Both the position numbers and the translations under genes were made by a program. Source: Eledone cirrhosa (taxonomy: Eukaryota). Taken from it: DNA of 64,000 nucleotides. The notes beneath the pieces were generated by a model. That model was not told the origin of the DNA. It was given only the letters and a program-made list of their open reading frames with translations, and did no database searches. Numbering within the stretch: the stretch's first letter is position 1; each line of letters starts with the position of its first letter. Positions 11,878 through 27,699 of this stretch are shown in pieces. The stretch is from positions 80,848,001 through 80,912,000 of the forward strand of contig OZ024744.1 in assembly GCA_964016885.1 (NCBI GenBank), in the 5' to 3' direction.

Positions 11878-12067
11878 GATATGATACCACTGACTTAACT
11901 TTTTTTTTTTATTAGGATGGTGCCGCTGAGTAATTAATTAATCTCAGTGATTTGTCATCTATTCTTTTTTAAATACTAATTATAATTTTTTACATCTACT
12001 TAGTGATTCTATCATTAGTATTTTAGCAATGGTGGGGGATGTATTTTAGCGAGAAGCACTATAAGAC

Positions 12068-12295
12068 TTAACCATTTAGCATTTAAACAGGCTGTATTCG
12101 GCCCAAATTCTCTCACTTCTTTCTGTTCAACCAGCCGTAACCGACTTCTTATATTGATGTTAAGGTATTGTTCTCAAAATAAATAATATCAAAATCTTAT
12201 AGATTTGATATTATGTGAGATAATTATGTGAGATAGAGCCTTTACCATGAAAATACAATAGTAAATATAGAGTAATGTAAATGCTAAAGTGTTAA
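12068..12295. mobile_element. piggyBac-type MITE (TTAA ends)
   Basis: TTAA-ccatttagcattta ... taaatgctaaagtg-TTAA. Same family at 26600-27325, 51228-51788 and 52714-52939. Confidence 0.75.
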
Positions 12296-14195
12296 GCAGT
12301 ATTATAGTTACAGCTATTTTAGTAGCTGGTGAGAATGCCAGACAGCTGTTTCTAGATGTTTAACCTTCATTGGTGATATTTACTCACCTGGTACTAAGAC
12401 AAGAATTAGCTTATTGCTTATATAAATTTTTTCGTATGAAACATTGTTTGAAGATACTCATTTGCATATAATGCATATAAAACATTAGCTGGTGATCCTC
12501 ATTTGCATAATGTGTGAACTTGATTGGCTAGGATTAATTAGCAGTAGCACTAACATAGCATGGTTCATAATAGGAGTGTATATGAAAGAATATATGATAC
12601 GAAAATGTATAATAAACATACAAGAGTCTTGGCATGAATATTTTAACCTTCAGCATGTTGTCGGTGACAAATGGAAATTGCGACAAGAGAGTAATCTCCC
12701 TTTAATACATACTACAGTGTGAAGGGAAGCAATTCATAAAATAATTCAGCGTCCTAAAGGTTAAGCAGTAATCTAGTCACAGCTATCTTTTTCAGTTGTT
12801 GGTGAGAATGCCAGACAGCTGTTTCTAGATTTTTATTCTTCATCAATGACATTTACACAGTCGGTTCTGTGACAAGAATTTAAACTAAAGACTATATGGT
12901 TTTTGTATATGAAACATCAGCTGGATACTACGAAATTGAAAATAAAATGCATAGGTTATGGGCTGTACCAAGTAAGGCTACTTTTTTGGACTGTGTGTAG
13001 GGTTATAATTTTTATGCTTTTGTCCATGTTTTTTTATAGGTGGCGAATTGTCAAAGTGGTTAGAACGTCGGATAGAATGCTGTATGGTATTCATTCCGGG
13101 TCTCTGCTCTCTGAGTTTAAGTTATGTCGAGGTCAACTTTGCCTTTCATCCATTCAAGGTCAATAAGAAAAAGTACCAGTCTAGTGCTGGGGTTGATTCT
13201 TCCCCTCTATACCTCTTTCTCACTTCCATTCTCTCACTCACTATCCTTCTCTGGAAGAAATCCGCTATAATCAGACCTAGAGAGAAGATGGGCTCCGCTA
13301 GGTTGTAAAAATACCCTAGAAATGCTGTGTGTCAATATAGCATCCTCACGACTCCACAGGAGTTATGGGACCATGCCGTGCATGCTCGTTTTCTTTATCG
13401 TGCATAGTGTTGTTGGACCTCCATTAGTTTCAATGTCAAGTGTTCCAGCTATCCAAACAATGGAACAGCCTACTCATGAAATTAACATGCAAATGGCTGA
13501 GTATTCTACAGGCATGTGTACCATTAATGTAATTCTCAGGCAACCAACCACATCAGTAAGACATTCTTGGAAAGTATAAAAGAAAACAACACTATGAATG
13601 ACTACGTCACATTCATTAACCCTTTAGCATTTAAACCGGCCATATCTGGCCAGAATTCTCTCGCCTCTTTCTGTTCAAACCAGCCAATGACAAAGCTGGC
13701 CCTTTGAATTTATAGGTGCAACATATTTTTGCAATATGAAATAAAGTGTCTTACTCAAGGATACAACACACCGCCATGAATAATCAAACTCACAACCTTA
13801 TGATCATAAGTTAAACACCCTAACTACTAAGTTATGTGGCTTCACATACATACTACTTCAATTATTAATGGTATTGTTTTTACTTTCATAACCCAACATT
13901 CTATTTATTTCAGTTGACTTTCCCCCACTAGCACGACCACCTCCACCACCACAACTTCTTCCAGGCAATGATTTGATCATATGAGATCAAGATGTCTCCA
14001 AGAATACAGACATTTTCATTCCTGTTCTTGATAATTATATCTGGAAAGCTTGTCTTCATCTCCTTGTCAATATGGACTGACATGTTCCAGATTGTTATGA
14101 CTAAGTCATTATTGTGTTCAGTGTTTATACTGAGATTAAAGAAACTTTATTTCAATACTAGACACTAGAAATAGCGTTATTTAATGTTCTTTTGA

Positions 14196-14259
14196 GAAGA
14201 AAAAGAAGAAGAAGAAGAAGAAGAAGAAGAAGAAGAAGAAGAAGAACAGCAACAGCAGC

Positions 14260-14297
<38 letters not shown>
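14196..14297. repeat. (GAA)n(CAA)n microsatellite
   Basis: Direct inspection. Confidence 0.95.
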
Positions 14298-14316
14298 GAG
14301 AAAGTAAGAGTGGGTA

Positions 14317-14457
14317 ATAGGAACATGTTCAAGACCCCAACGGCAGAGCTCGAGCCGTTTCGACAGCTATTTCTGGACTCCTTATTTAGAAAACAGTCCA
14401 GAAATAGCCGTCGAAACAGCTTGAGCTCTGCTGTCGGAGTCTTGAACATTTTCCTAT
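14317..14457. repeat. Inverted repeat, 63-bp arms, 15-nt spacer
   Basis: 14317-14379 is the reverse complement of 14395-14457 with several mismatches. Confidence 0.9.
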
Positions 14458-14461
14458 ATTT

Positions 14462-17400
14462 CTAGCGTGGGTAAAATTCCCGAGATCCATGGACGAGTTC
14501 TCTCCAGCAGTCTCTGTCCCTCATTATCGCTGCCATCTCCTGCATCTCCAACAGACCAGTGTCTGTCCTTACGGCATCAACATACGTTAACCTTGGTCTT
14601 CCTCTTCCGGTGTGTCCATGTAGGGGCTCCCACAGGAGCACTGAGTGCAATGTCAACTCTGGATGTTGGTGAGCATGTCCAGCTAACCTCAGTCTCCTCT
14701 GTGTCACTTTTGAGCTGACTTTTGGGAGGCTCCCATACAGCTCTGAGTTTTTCATCTTTAGTGTATACAGATTAATGTTCAGAACCATCCTCAGCATTCT
14801 CGTGTAGCACCCATCCACCATCTGAGTGATTTTCTTGGTCAGTGTCCAAGTCTCAGACCCGTACAGCAACACAGACTCCACAACAGCAATGAAGAGGCGG
14901 ATTTTCAGGTCTCAACGAAGGTCTGACTTCCACACCGATCTCAAGCTGTGGCACGCCGCCCAAGCTTTGCTCTTCCTCTCAACCACATCATCTTCCGTAT
15001 TCCCAATCTTTGCTCCCAAATATAGGAAGTCCTCAACCAATTCTAGTGGCTTCCCGCCTTAGTGATCCCCTCTAGCTTCTCAACATTCTCTCCCAGATAT
15101 TTTGTTTTAGTCTCATTCATTCTCAGCCCCACACTCATCGACACAGTCTCAACCTCCTGCATCAAATCCTCTGCCTCCTTCACTGTATTTGTCACCAAAA
15201 CTATGTCATCAGCAAATTCAGCATCCAATATCTTTTTCACCTTAACTCTCCTGCTCTGAGCCGGTGCTACAGTAAAGCCAGAGTCCTGGTGTTTCTCCAG
15301 TGCAAGGCACATACAATAGTCCACTACGATTATAAAAAGGTAGGGAGCCAATGTATCTCCCTGGAGCACTCCAGCCAGTATCTCAAAGAACTATGTCATC
15401 CCATCAGGTGTAATGACTTGGGCTTTGGTGTTGGTGTAGAGCAGTGATATCAGGTCCGCTATCTTCTTGGGGATTCCATAAGCCTGTAAGATCTTCATCA
15501 GGCAGTGATGGTCCACAGAATCAAAGGCCTTCCTAAAGTCAATGAAAACCATGACTGCAGGAAAGCACTTTGCTCTAGCTCTCTCTAATATCCTCCTCAC
15601 TGGTGGTTGATCTTCCCTCTCTGAAGCCGTTCTGGTTGTCCCTGAGATTCTTCTCCATCTCAGGCTGGATCCTGTTAAGAATCATCCTGTTGAGGGTCTT
15701 TGCCACAAGTGACGTCAGTGAGATCCCCCTGTAGTTGTTGGTGTTAGAGAGATCTCCCTCCATTGGTACTGGGACGATGTTACTGATCCTCCACTGATTC
15801 GGGGCAACTCCTTTCTCCAGTGCCTGGTTACAGAACCCCAGGATGATATCATCAAAATCACACCTCTTCATCACCTCTGATGCCACTCCATCTTCTCCAT
15901 GAGCCTTGCCCTCCTTGATCTTCTTGGCTCTCTGAAGCTCCTCTCTGGTGAAGGGCTCTGTCTCAACATCCAGTTCTTCAAACAGCTGCCTGATCTCCCC
16001 AATGCTCTAGGCTGTGGAGGGTGGCTCTCCTAGTAGGGTCCTAAAATGGTCTAGCCATTTCCTCTTCCTATCCTCGGGCCCTGTTCCCTGGATCTGACTC
16101 GAACACCTTCCCTTCCTCCCTGTGATCTTGTTGATGATCATCCAGCTCTCCTTACATCCAGACCTGTCAACCGCCCTCTCCACACTTCTGATCTTCTCTA
16201 TCAGTGCCTCCTCTCTGGCTTCAGTGTAAGCGGTACAGAGTTTTTTCCCTCATCACCTCCAGAGTCTCCATCCTCTCCTCCGTAGGAGCAGCATAGCTTT
16301 CAGGTGTTCTCTGGCAGCTTTCAGGTGTTCTCTGGCTGCACACACTTTTGGGTCTGCAGAGCTGATGTGCTTCCTTTTGTTCTTTCTCCTTGGCACCAGG
16401 GTCTCACTTGCTTCTGCCACTGCATTGGTGAAGTGCCCATACCTCCTCGTCACACTCTCCTCAGTCCATCCAATCTCTCTCTCCTCTGTCTTTCCACACA
16501 GAGCACTGAACCTGTTCCTCACTTCCACTGTGAACCTCTCCTGTAGCTTATCATCTTCCTTGAAAGCTCCCCAATCATAGATTGCTCTCCGGGGCTGAGC
16601 CTTGCTCTTTCTTAAGCTCACCCGGACCTCACTCATAACAAGCCGGTGGTCACTACTCAGTGTACTGAAATAGTTGTATGGTTCTGTGTTCAGAACACTA
16701 TTCCGCCTCTTTTTCCTCACCAGAATGAAATCAATCTGGGACTTGGAATGAAATCAATCTGAGATGTAGGTCCACATCTTCCCCGGATTCTTCCTAAACC
16801 TTAGGTTGGTCGCTATCAAGTTCGCCTCCAGCCGGGTGTCTCTCAGTAGTCTTCCATTTCGGTTGGTGTTGTTATGGAAGTACCAGCAAGGATCTTCACT
16901 GCCCTCCTTACTCAGTTGTGTATTGAAGTCCCCCAAAACAAGCAGGATGTTGTGTGCCTGTGTGGTATTGACAGCTCTACACACTTCCTCATGGAACTCT
17001 TCCGCACTCACATCACTGTCTCCCTCGGTTGGACTATAGGCTGAGATGACTGTCAGTCTTGGGTTTCCATTGAAGGTCACCCTCAACACTCGCAGGGAGA
17101 CAGGTATTATTTCCCTCACCAATAGACTGGTTTTTGTGCTGAAAACAAAACCCACTTCTCCCACTGCAGCATTTGTTGTGTTCCTCACTGCCAATGTGGT
17201 GATGAGCTGGCTCATTTTCCCAATCATCACACTCCTCACGGGCTCATCGTGTAGGATCCTGTGTTCTTGGATCGCAAGTATCTGTATACCACTCTCCTCG
17301 AACAGATATCCCAACTCCTCTCTCTTCTCCAGCGTTCGAATAGTCCTCACATTCAAAGTGCCCATTTTGATGGCTCTTCTGCAGGACAAAACTGCATTCT

Positions 17401-17745
17401 TTATATTTGTCTCAGAGACAGCTGATCCATCATCCACTGGCCCTCCCTTTGGCTCTAAGCCAGCAGAGTCATAACGACCAGACTGCTCCTTGACAGTGTA
17501 ATTAGGGGCTCTAACCCTAGTGCTGTTAGACAGACTCTCCATATTTCTTTTCAATGGCTGACAATACCTTACCGGCCCCACTCGAATAAGGTAATTATTT
17601 AACTCATAAATGGGGCCCTAACAGGTACTACTACTCCGGGCCAGAGCAGACCTGGGAGTTATGACAACTAAGGGGTAACTCCACATTCCCCACAACTCCT
17701 GAACTCCCGAACTGGAGCTTTGCCACTGGATGTAGTTAATGTCCT
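14462..17745 (-). mobile_element. Near full-length, frameshifted RTE-clade (RTE-X-like) LINE: APE endonuclease plus RT
   Basis: ORF pieces: TLNVRT, IQEHR, SAYSPT, GDFN (16754-17581); SDH (16253-16720); NYRGISL and QNGFR; FIDFRKAFDS; QGDTLAPYLF and FADD; LLYGSETW and GRGRP. Confidence 0.9.
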
Positions 17746-17865
17746 ATATATATATTTATATATACATATATATATATATATTAAGATAAGCAGAACAAGT
17801 AAAATTCAATCAATTTTTCAAAATACATTAAAAAATATAATATAAATATTTACCTCTCCTAGTGG

Positions 17866-17944
17866 CCCTTACTGATCAGTTTCGCTTTGTAAAACCTCAT
17901 AAATCCGATGGATTTATGATGGAAAACCAAAGCTCATCAGAGAA
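17866..17944 (-). ncRNA. Type I hammerhead ribozyme, family D copy 1
   Basis: Minus strand reads ttct-CTGATGA-GCTTTG..TCATAAATCC atc GGATTTATGA..CAAAGC-GAA-ACTGATCAGT-A-aggg. Confidence 0.85.
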
Positions 17945-18350
17945 GCATTTTCCCTTCCTAGGGCTAAACGTCCCAGGAACGACAAAATATACAACCTCCT
18001 GCCAGCTAATAAAGGTCTGAAAGGTCGTAAAATTGACCCGTATGTAAACTGGACCGAAGTAAAAGCGGGGAAATCAAAGACTTGCTGTCTACAATTACTA
18101 CTAAAAAAATAGCAGCCAAGTAGAGCAACAGGGTTGTTCTCAACGGACGGAGAAAAATATAGAAGTTAATATGTCCAGGGATACTAGGTACCCCCAGAAA
18201 TACATAGGTTGTCTATGATTCAAGGTTGTTCAATGGTGTTAATTTGATACACCAGAACTTTAATATTAAGATAAGCAGAACAAGTAAAATTCAATCAATT
18301 TTTCAAAATACATTAAAAAATATAATATAAATATTTACCTCTCCTAGTGG

Positions 18351-18429
18351 CCCTTACTAATCAGTTTCGCTTTGTAAAACCTCATAAATCCGATGGATTT
18401 ATGATGGAAAACCAAAGCTCATCAGAGAA
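18351..18429 (-). ncRNA. Type I hammerhead ribozyme, family D copy 2
   Basis: Same as copy 1, with stem III ACTGATTAGT (G-U wobble preserves pairing). Confidence 0.85.
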
Positions 18430-18661
18430 GCATTTTCCCTTCCTAGGGCTAAACGTCCCAGGAACGACAAAATATACAACCTCCTGCCAGCTAATAAAGG
18501 TCTGAAAGGTCGTAAAATTGACCCGTATGTAAACTGGACCGAAGTAAAAGCGGGAAAATCAAAGACTTGCTGTCTGCAATTACTACTAAAAAAATAGCAG
18601 CCAAGTAGAGCAACAGGATTGTTCTCAACGGACGGAGAAAAAGGTAGAAGTTAATATGTCC

Positions 18662-20925
<2,264 letters not shown>

Positions 20926-22482
20926 ATATATATATGTGTGTGTGTATATACATGTTTATGCCATTTGGTATACATTTCCATATCAAAGTGTTGTACAAAC
21001 CTATATAACCCAATTGACATAGCCATGAACTCAGTTGTCTCTGTGTAGGTATGTACCTGGGCTTTGTAAGGACTGGAAAGCGCATTGATGATGAAATCAA
21101 TTCTCTCATTGTTCCGGGGAAACACCTTCTCTATTCTGTCTGCTGGGGCCATGGGGTGGCCAGCACATGGGACCCCATTTGCTCATAATAGTGAGAGATG
21201 GGGAGGGCGAGAGAGATGGAGGCGATGACAGTGGGAGTTCGGCTCAGACCTGATGTACATGTGTATGTATTTTTACACTATTGACCCAAATTTATTAATT
21301 CACGCAGTGAACGTCAAAACCTAATTCATTTGAGACAACACATAAATCAATGACAGTCTAAAGTAGAACTTCATGAATAACCTCAATTTTGTTATTATTT
21401 AGAAAACATCTTAAAAAAAGATTTGTAAATTTAAATGTTTATTGTGAAAATTTGCAGTATTAGAGTAAAGACTTCAATATTTCATGTTATACAATCATAG
21501 TACTATACTGATTGCATAGTCTACATAAGTTTATAAACCTCTTGCTTCATTATTTTGTTATTGGTGGCTGAGCATAAACTCTTAATGTCCTGTACCACAT
21601 GAAACTAACCACATCAGTAAGACATTCTTGAAAAGTATAAAACAAAACAACACTATGAATTTGCCAAACTAGGAGTTGAGAGAGCTCTTCATTTTGTATC
21701 AAGTCATGGCGACCTTCCTGGTGTTGGTGCCACAATAAAATGGACCCAATACACTCTGTAAAGTGGTTGGTGATAGGAAGGGCATCCAGTCATAGAAAAA
21801 TGTACTGAACAAAAGGTCGAGAGGACTCTTCACTTTTGTCAAAACATGACAACCTATCTAGTGTTGGTACCACAATGACATGTATGAAGTACACCTTGTA
21901 AAGTACAGAAATGTTGACTCCCCTGGCCTGTCTGAGAGGTCAGCGGCTCTGATCAACTATTGACTTGGTCAGTGATCACCTATCCAACCCTTGATAGCTA
22001 GGAAAATGGACATTAAATGATGATTACATACATAAGAACTTTGAATGAAGAGCAAATATTTCAGCTGCATTTGTATGAGTGAATTGTAATGTTATTTGCT
22101 TGTTTTATTTATTTCAATATTCAAATGTTTAACTTACATTGTGTAAATATAGCTCAACTGGAAATTTTATTAATTTTTTGTAACGTTTTTTATCTCTAAT
22201 CAATATCAGAGTATTACAGCATTATTTTGATTTATTAATAATATATCATCATCATCATCATCATCATAATCAGTTTTTACACCCATTTTTCTTCACATGC
22301 ATGGGTTGGACGGGTTTCTTTAGCACAACACCTTTCCATACACCACATTCCCTCATCATCTCCACTGGGATTTGAGATCAGCTCTTACCACCTCTGCCCA
22401 GGTTGACCTTGGTTTACTATATTTCTAATTAAGCATATTGTTTATTATTTTCAAATAATTACAAAATAATAATAATAGTAAT

Positions 22483-22669
22483 TGTTTCTACTTTTGGCAC
22501 AAGGCCAGCAATTATCCCAGTGTATTACTGGTACTTTATTTTATTGACACTGTAAGGATGAAAAGCAAAGTTAACCTTGGCGAGATTTGAACTCAGACCA
22601 TAAAGGGCTGTAACTCTTTGCTGCAAAGCATGGCGTCCGACCCTCTACCGATACTGCCAATTCACCACC
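22483..22669 (-). mobile_element. tRNA-derived SINE family 1
   Basis: Full-length match to 2974-3159 on the opposite strand. Confidence 0.85.
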
Positions 22670-22749
22670 CTAATAATAATAATAGTAATAATAATAAAAT
22701 AATTTTGTAGGATTTAATAACATAATTAACTTTCTCAATATTAATTTGG

Positions 22750-24060
22750 TGTATGGAACATAACTTAACAAAGGTTCTTACGTTACATCTTGACAGGCAG
22801 TTTTTAGATGTATATAGATACTTTAAAACAAACAGTGAAGAGGCTGACATAATATCTACATTCTCAAACATAGATAACAACATAAGATTTACTAATGAAC
22901 ACCCAATAAAAATGGTCCCTTGTCCCTGCTGGACTTCCAGCTTAGAATAACAGAAGGAGCTATATATACCAACGTCTATAGGAAAGCTGCCAGTAGAGAC
23001 CTGTTTCTGTATTATAGATCAGCCCTTTCCCTAGGTGCTAAAATCGGATACATAAAAATTGGACTTACGTGTATCCGGAATAAATGTAGTAAAACAGAGA
23101 ACCACAGGACTCACACTGTCCACTTTATAGATGTACTGAAGCCGAACGGATACCCAACATCCCCAGTGAATCGTAGGAATCAAAGGTGCTGCAGACCTAA
23201 GGCCCCCTCTAACACCTGCTTAATGAAAGTACCACACCTCAGTAAAAGCATAACCACAGCTATCTGCAGAGCTATCCACAAAGAAGGACTGGGCATACAA
23301 TTAGCACACTCCAGCCCTTCACTGGATGGATACCTATCTAAAAATAAATCCAGAGACAACTGCTATCAATGCTCACTGACTAACTGCCCTAGCTGCGATA
23401 CAGGTATGTGCCAGCAGACACATATGGTATACCAGATTGAATATAACAAATGTAATGCGTTCTACATTGGTAGCACAACTCGAGCACTCCACACTCACAT
23501 TAAAGAACACTTCAATCACACACATCTTCTTTAAAAAAAAACACATTGACAAATGCAGAAACACCAACAAAAATATATTGAAGCCAGAGAAGAAATGTGG
23601 GTAATTTAAGAATTAAGGAAGCCTTGCTCATACATAGACTCAACCCACAAATCAATAACAGATTAGAACTTAGCACCCAATATTTAACATAAAAGGACAC
23701 ACCCACACGCAACCTAAACAACATCTCATACAAGAAAATTGATTCCATGAAATATTACATCGGCAATTGACATCATCCTCCAGTTTCTCGTAAATAACAA
23801 AGCAAACATCAAACAGCGTTTGAAAGTAGTTTATAAATTTTAAATTTAATTCCAAAGAGAAAAAAAACAGAATATTTTTCTCCGAGAATTCTTTATACTC
23901 TGAAGAAGGGTATTTTAAGTCCTGAAATATTAGGACAAAAGAAACAACTGCAACTGCAACAAAAACAAAACAAAGATTACCAGGTAACTAACTTTGTCAT
24001 TACCTTCATCTTACTGTCCAATTTGCATTATTTAGCCTTATATCACTTTCCACATTATAT
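22750..24060 (+). mobile_element. Penelope-like element remnant (RT thumb, GIY-YIG endonuclease, 3' region)
   Basis: Translation includes NIRFTNE, SLLDF..TNVYRKA..Y.SA and C..THMVYQIE..KCNAFYIGSTTRALHTHIKEH. Confidence 0.85.
23898..23934 (+). ncRNA. Minimal, degenerate hammerhead in PLE 3' region
   Basis: CTGAAGA-AGGG tattttaag TCCT-GAAA-TAT-TA-gg. Stem I is weak. Confidence 0.5.
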
Positions 24061-25137
24061 ATATATAATATAAAAGAAAGATGTTTATTGGCTGGTTGGC
24101 TGGTTGAATCACACAAAAACTACACACACACACACACACGCACGCACGCACTCACAAATACATACACATACATCTAAAGAGAGAGAAACACAGAGAGAAT
24201 GGCAGAAAGAGAGTGATAGGCCATTATACAGAGAGAGATACAATTAAAACGTTAGATATTCACAGAGAGAAAAAGAGAGAGAGAGAGAGAGAGTGACATC
24301 ACACAAAAGTCTAGAATCGACATAAACTATAGATCAAAGTATATCAGTTGAAGGTTTAACAATATTGCATTAGCTTTTATAAAGTAGTTTTACAGTCTTT
24401 AATTTTTATAGAACAAAGAAAAATTGATACTATGTGAAATTAATCCCCCCCTCCAGCTTTTATCCATATATTACTTACACACCGTACTAACGAAGCAACA
24501 CTTCAGAAATGGCTTTTCAAATGCCGTAGATGAGATAACTTGTCCTAACATGTTTGCATTCCAGTGCCATGGACATGAGAACTCATCCTAACATGTTTGA
24601 ACTCCTTTCCAGCAGTTCATAACTTCAAAATTATGAACTTGTTCCCAAAAGTTTATAACTTCAAAATTACGAACTCGTTTCCAACAGTTCATAATTTCAA
24701 AAGTAGATGGGGTTACTAGTTTATTGATGTGACATTTGTCAATCAAAATAGTCATTTTACTGGAAAAAAAACCCAGCACAGCTACTGTAACTGTATAAAA
24801 TATATGTGGCAGTCAATAGATTAAAGAATGAAAGATGTTTCCTTTTTTAAATCAATAGTTTTAGATTTTATTTGATAATCAATTTGATTCAATTTATATT
24901 TTCTGTTGATAGTTATGACACATTGTTGAGAATTTCTATATTTAGAAAAATTGAATAAAAATACACTTTCATTATCATCATCATCATCATCATTGTTTAA
25001 CATCCATCTTCCACACTAGCATGGGTAGGACGGGCTGTCCCTTTTGAGAGATGAGGTCGGGGGGACAGTGATTCGTTCACACAGAACTGATTTGGGCTTG
25101 GTTTCTACGGCTGGATACCCTTCCTAACACTAATCAC

Positions 25138-25555
25138 ATTTACAGTGTGTGCTGGGTGCTTTTTGTTGTGATACCTATACAACCACTGTACAGTGTAAAC
25201 TCGGTGCTTTTTGTTGTGACACATACACAACCACTTTACAGTGTGGGCTGGGTAGGTTTTGTTGTGGCACCTACACGACCACTTTACAGTGTGGGCTGGG
25301 TAGGTTTTGTTGTGGCACCTACATAACCACTTTACAGTGTGGGCTGGGTAGGTTTTGTTGTGGCACCTACACGACCACTTTACAGTGTGGGCTGGGTAGG
25401 TTTTGTTGTGGCACCTACACGACCACTTACAGTGTGGGCTGGGTGCTTTTTGTCGTGACACCTACACAACCACTTTACAGTGTGGGCTAGGTGCTTTTTG
25501 TCGTGACACCTACACAACTACTATATAGTGTGGGCTGGGCTCTTTTGTTGTGGCT
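25138..25555. repeat. 48-bp minisatellite (about 9 units) in an RTE 3'-UTR-related repeat
   Basis: Unit ccactttacagtgtgggctgggtaggttttgttgtggcacctacacga, period 48. Confidence 0.9.
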
Positions 25556-25987
25556 CCAGCGGGGATCACTTTATGGAGAGTGTTCATAACTTGGAAGGGG
25601 CGGGGAAGATGTATGGGGAAATTGGAGACATAGGTATGGGGGTGGGATGATTGAGAGGGAGACTTATGGGTGGGGAGATGGAAAGGGAAGGTGTTGCCTA
25701 CTAGATATATGTCTCAGCCTGAGAATATAAGAGGGCAAGTTTTCTGTAATACTTCATTGCGCTAGAGGTCACGGTCTTGTGTCATCGCCTTAGTGAGGTG
25801 TAATTGAGCAAGGTCAGCTTATTGATAAATAAAAATGTTTCTTTTATTTTAGTTTACCTCTTGTGGTGCTTAAATTAGTCTTGCCATTGTGCACTTTTAC
25901 TCGACCTTATTGTAAACCCCCACTGTCCCTGTCTATTGTGTTGTCCCCTACATGTCGGCCCTTGTGGCCAATAAATGAAATCATTAG

Positions 25988-26380
25988 GGCGGTGGATTGG
26001 CAGTATCGGTAGAGTGTCGGACGCCATGCTTTGACGCAATTGAGTTACGGCCCTTTCCATTCTGAGTTCAAATCCTGCCGAGGTTAACTTTGCCTTTCAT
26101 CCTTACGGGGTCGATAAAATAAAGTACCAGTAATACACTGGGTAATTGCTGGCCTTACTGTAAAGTGGACGTGCAGGCGCCACGAAAAAGCACCCAGCAC
26201 TCACTATGAATGAGGTTGGTGTTAGGAAGGGTATCCAGCTGTAGAAATCAAGCCAAATCAGTTCCTGTATGAGCAAGGCATGGTCAGCCGACCAGACACT
26301 GCCCACAACAGGACAACCCATCTAACCCATGCTAGCGTGGAAGAACGGACGTAAAACGGTGATGATGATGAGGATGATGA
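25988..26380 (+). mobile_element. SINE family 1 abutting an RTE 3' UTR fragment
   Basis: SINE at 25988-26155, then RTE 3' UTR and (ATG)n tail at 26156-26380. Confidence 0.8.
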
Positions 26381-26599
26381 TTAATTATAATTATTATTAT
26401 TATAATCTGGACATTGAAACAATTTCAGATAAGATTCAAAACAAAAAAATACATTGAGTAATTAAAAAATTAGCTAAATATATATTTACTAATAGTCCCA
26501 ATTATTATATACTGTATATGGATGTATGTATGGTCTCGTAACTCCTGATAGAGTCGTAAAGGCGCTGCATTGACATATGGCGTTTCTAGGGCATGTTTA

Positions 26600-27325
26600 A
26601 CCAACCCTTTAGCATTTTAACCGGCCATATCCAGCCAGAATTCTTTCACCTCTTTCTCTTCAAACCAGTTGTTATCAGCCACTCATACTGATGTTAAGAT
26701 ATTGTTCTCAAAATAAATAATATCAAAATCTCATAAATTTGATATTATGTGAGATATTATGTGAGGTAAAGTCTTTACCATGAAAATACAATAGTAAATA
26801 TAGAGTAATGTAAATGGTTTGTGATATATTATGTAAGATATTATGTGAGGTAAAGACTTTACCATGAAAATACAATAGTAAATATAGAGTAATGTAAATG
26901 GTATGTGATATATTATGTGAGATATTATGTGAGGTAAAGACTTTACCATGAAAATACAATAGTAAATATAGAGTAATGTAAATGGTATGTGATATATTAT
27001 GTGAGATATTATGTGAGGTAAAGTCTTTACCATGAAAATACAATAGTAAATATAGAGTAATGTAAATGGTATGTGATATATTATGAGATATTATGTGAGG
27101 TAAAGTCTTTACCATGAAAATACAATAGTAAATATAGAGTAATGTAAATGGTATGTGATATATTATGAGATATTATGTGAGGTAAAGTCTTTACCATGAA
27201 AATACAATAGTAAATATAGAGTAATGTAAATGGTATGTGATATATTATGTGAGATATTATGTGAGGTAAAGTCTTTACCATGAAAATACAATAGTAAATA
27301 TAGAGTAATGTAAATGCTAAAGGGT
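26600..27325. mobile_element. piggyBac-type MITE with internal 82-84-bp tandem expansion (7 units)
   Basis: Ends ccttttagcatttt.../...taaatgctaaaggg. The motif ccatgaaaa occurs at 26778, 26862, 26946, 27030, 27112, 27194 and 27278. Confidence 0.85.
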
Positions 27326-27699
27326 CCATCCCTCTCTAGGTCTGAATATAGCAGATTTCTTCCAGAGAAGGATAGAGAGTGGAAGTGAGAAAGAGACACA
27401 GAGTAAGAATCGACCCTAGTACTAAACTGGTACTTTTTTTATCGACTTTGAATGGATGAAAGTCAAAACTGACCGTGGTGGGATTTGAACTCAGAGAGAG
27501 CAGAGAGCCAAAACAAGTACTACAAAGTATTCTACCCGACGTTCTAATGACTCTGTCAATTTACCACCCACATACTGTATATCACCTTGATCACCTTGAC
27601 CGACCAGTCTGTCAGGCGTCCATTCGGCACGGCTGGTCACAACACGTCGTGCTGTTTTAGCCATAAGATAACGCCATCCCACTACATGAATATATACAT

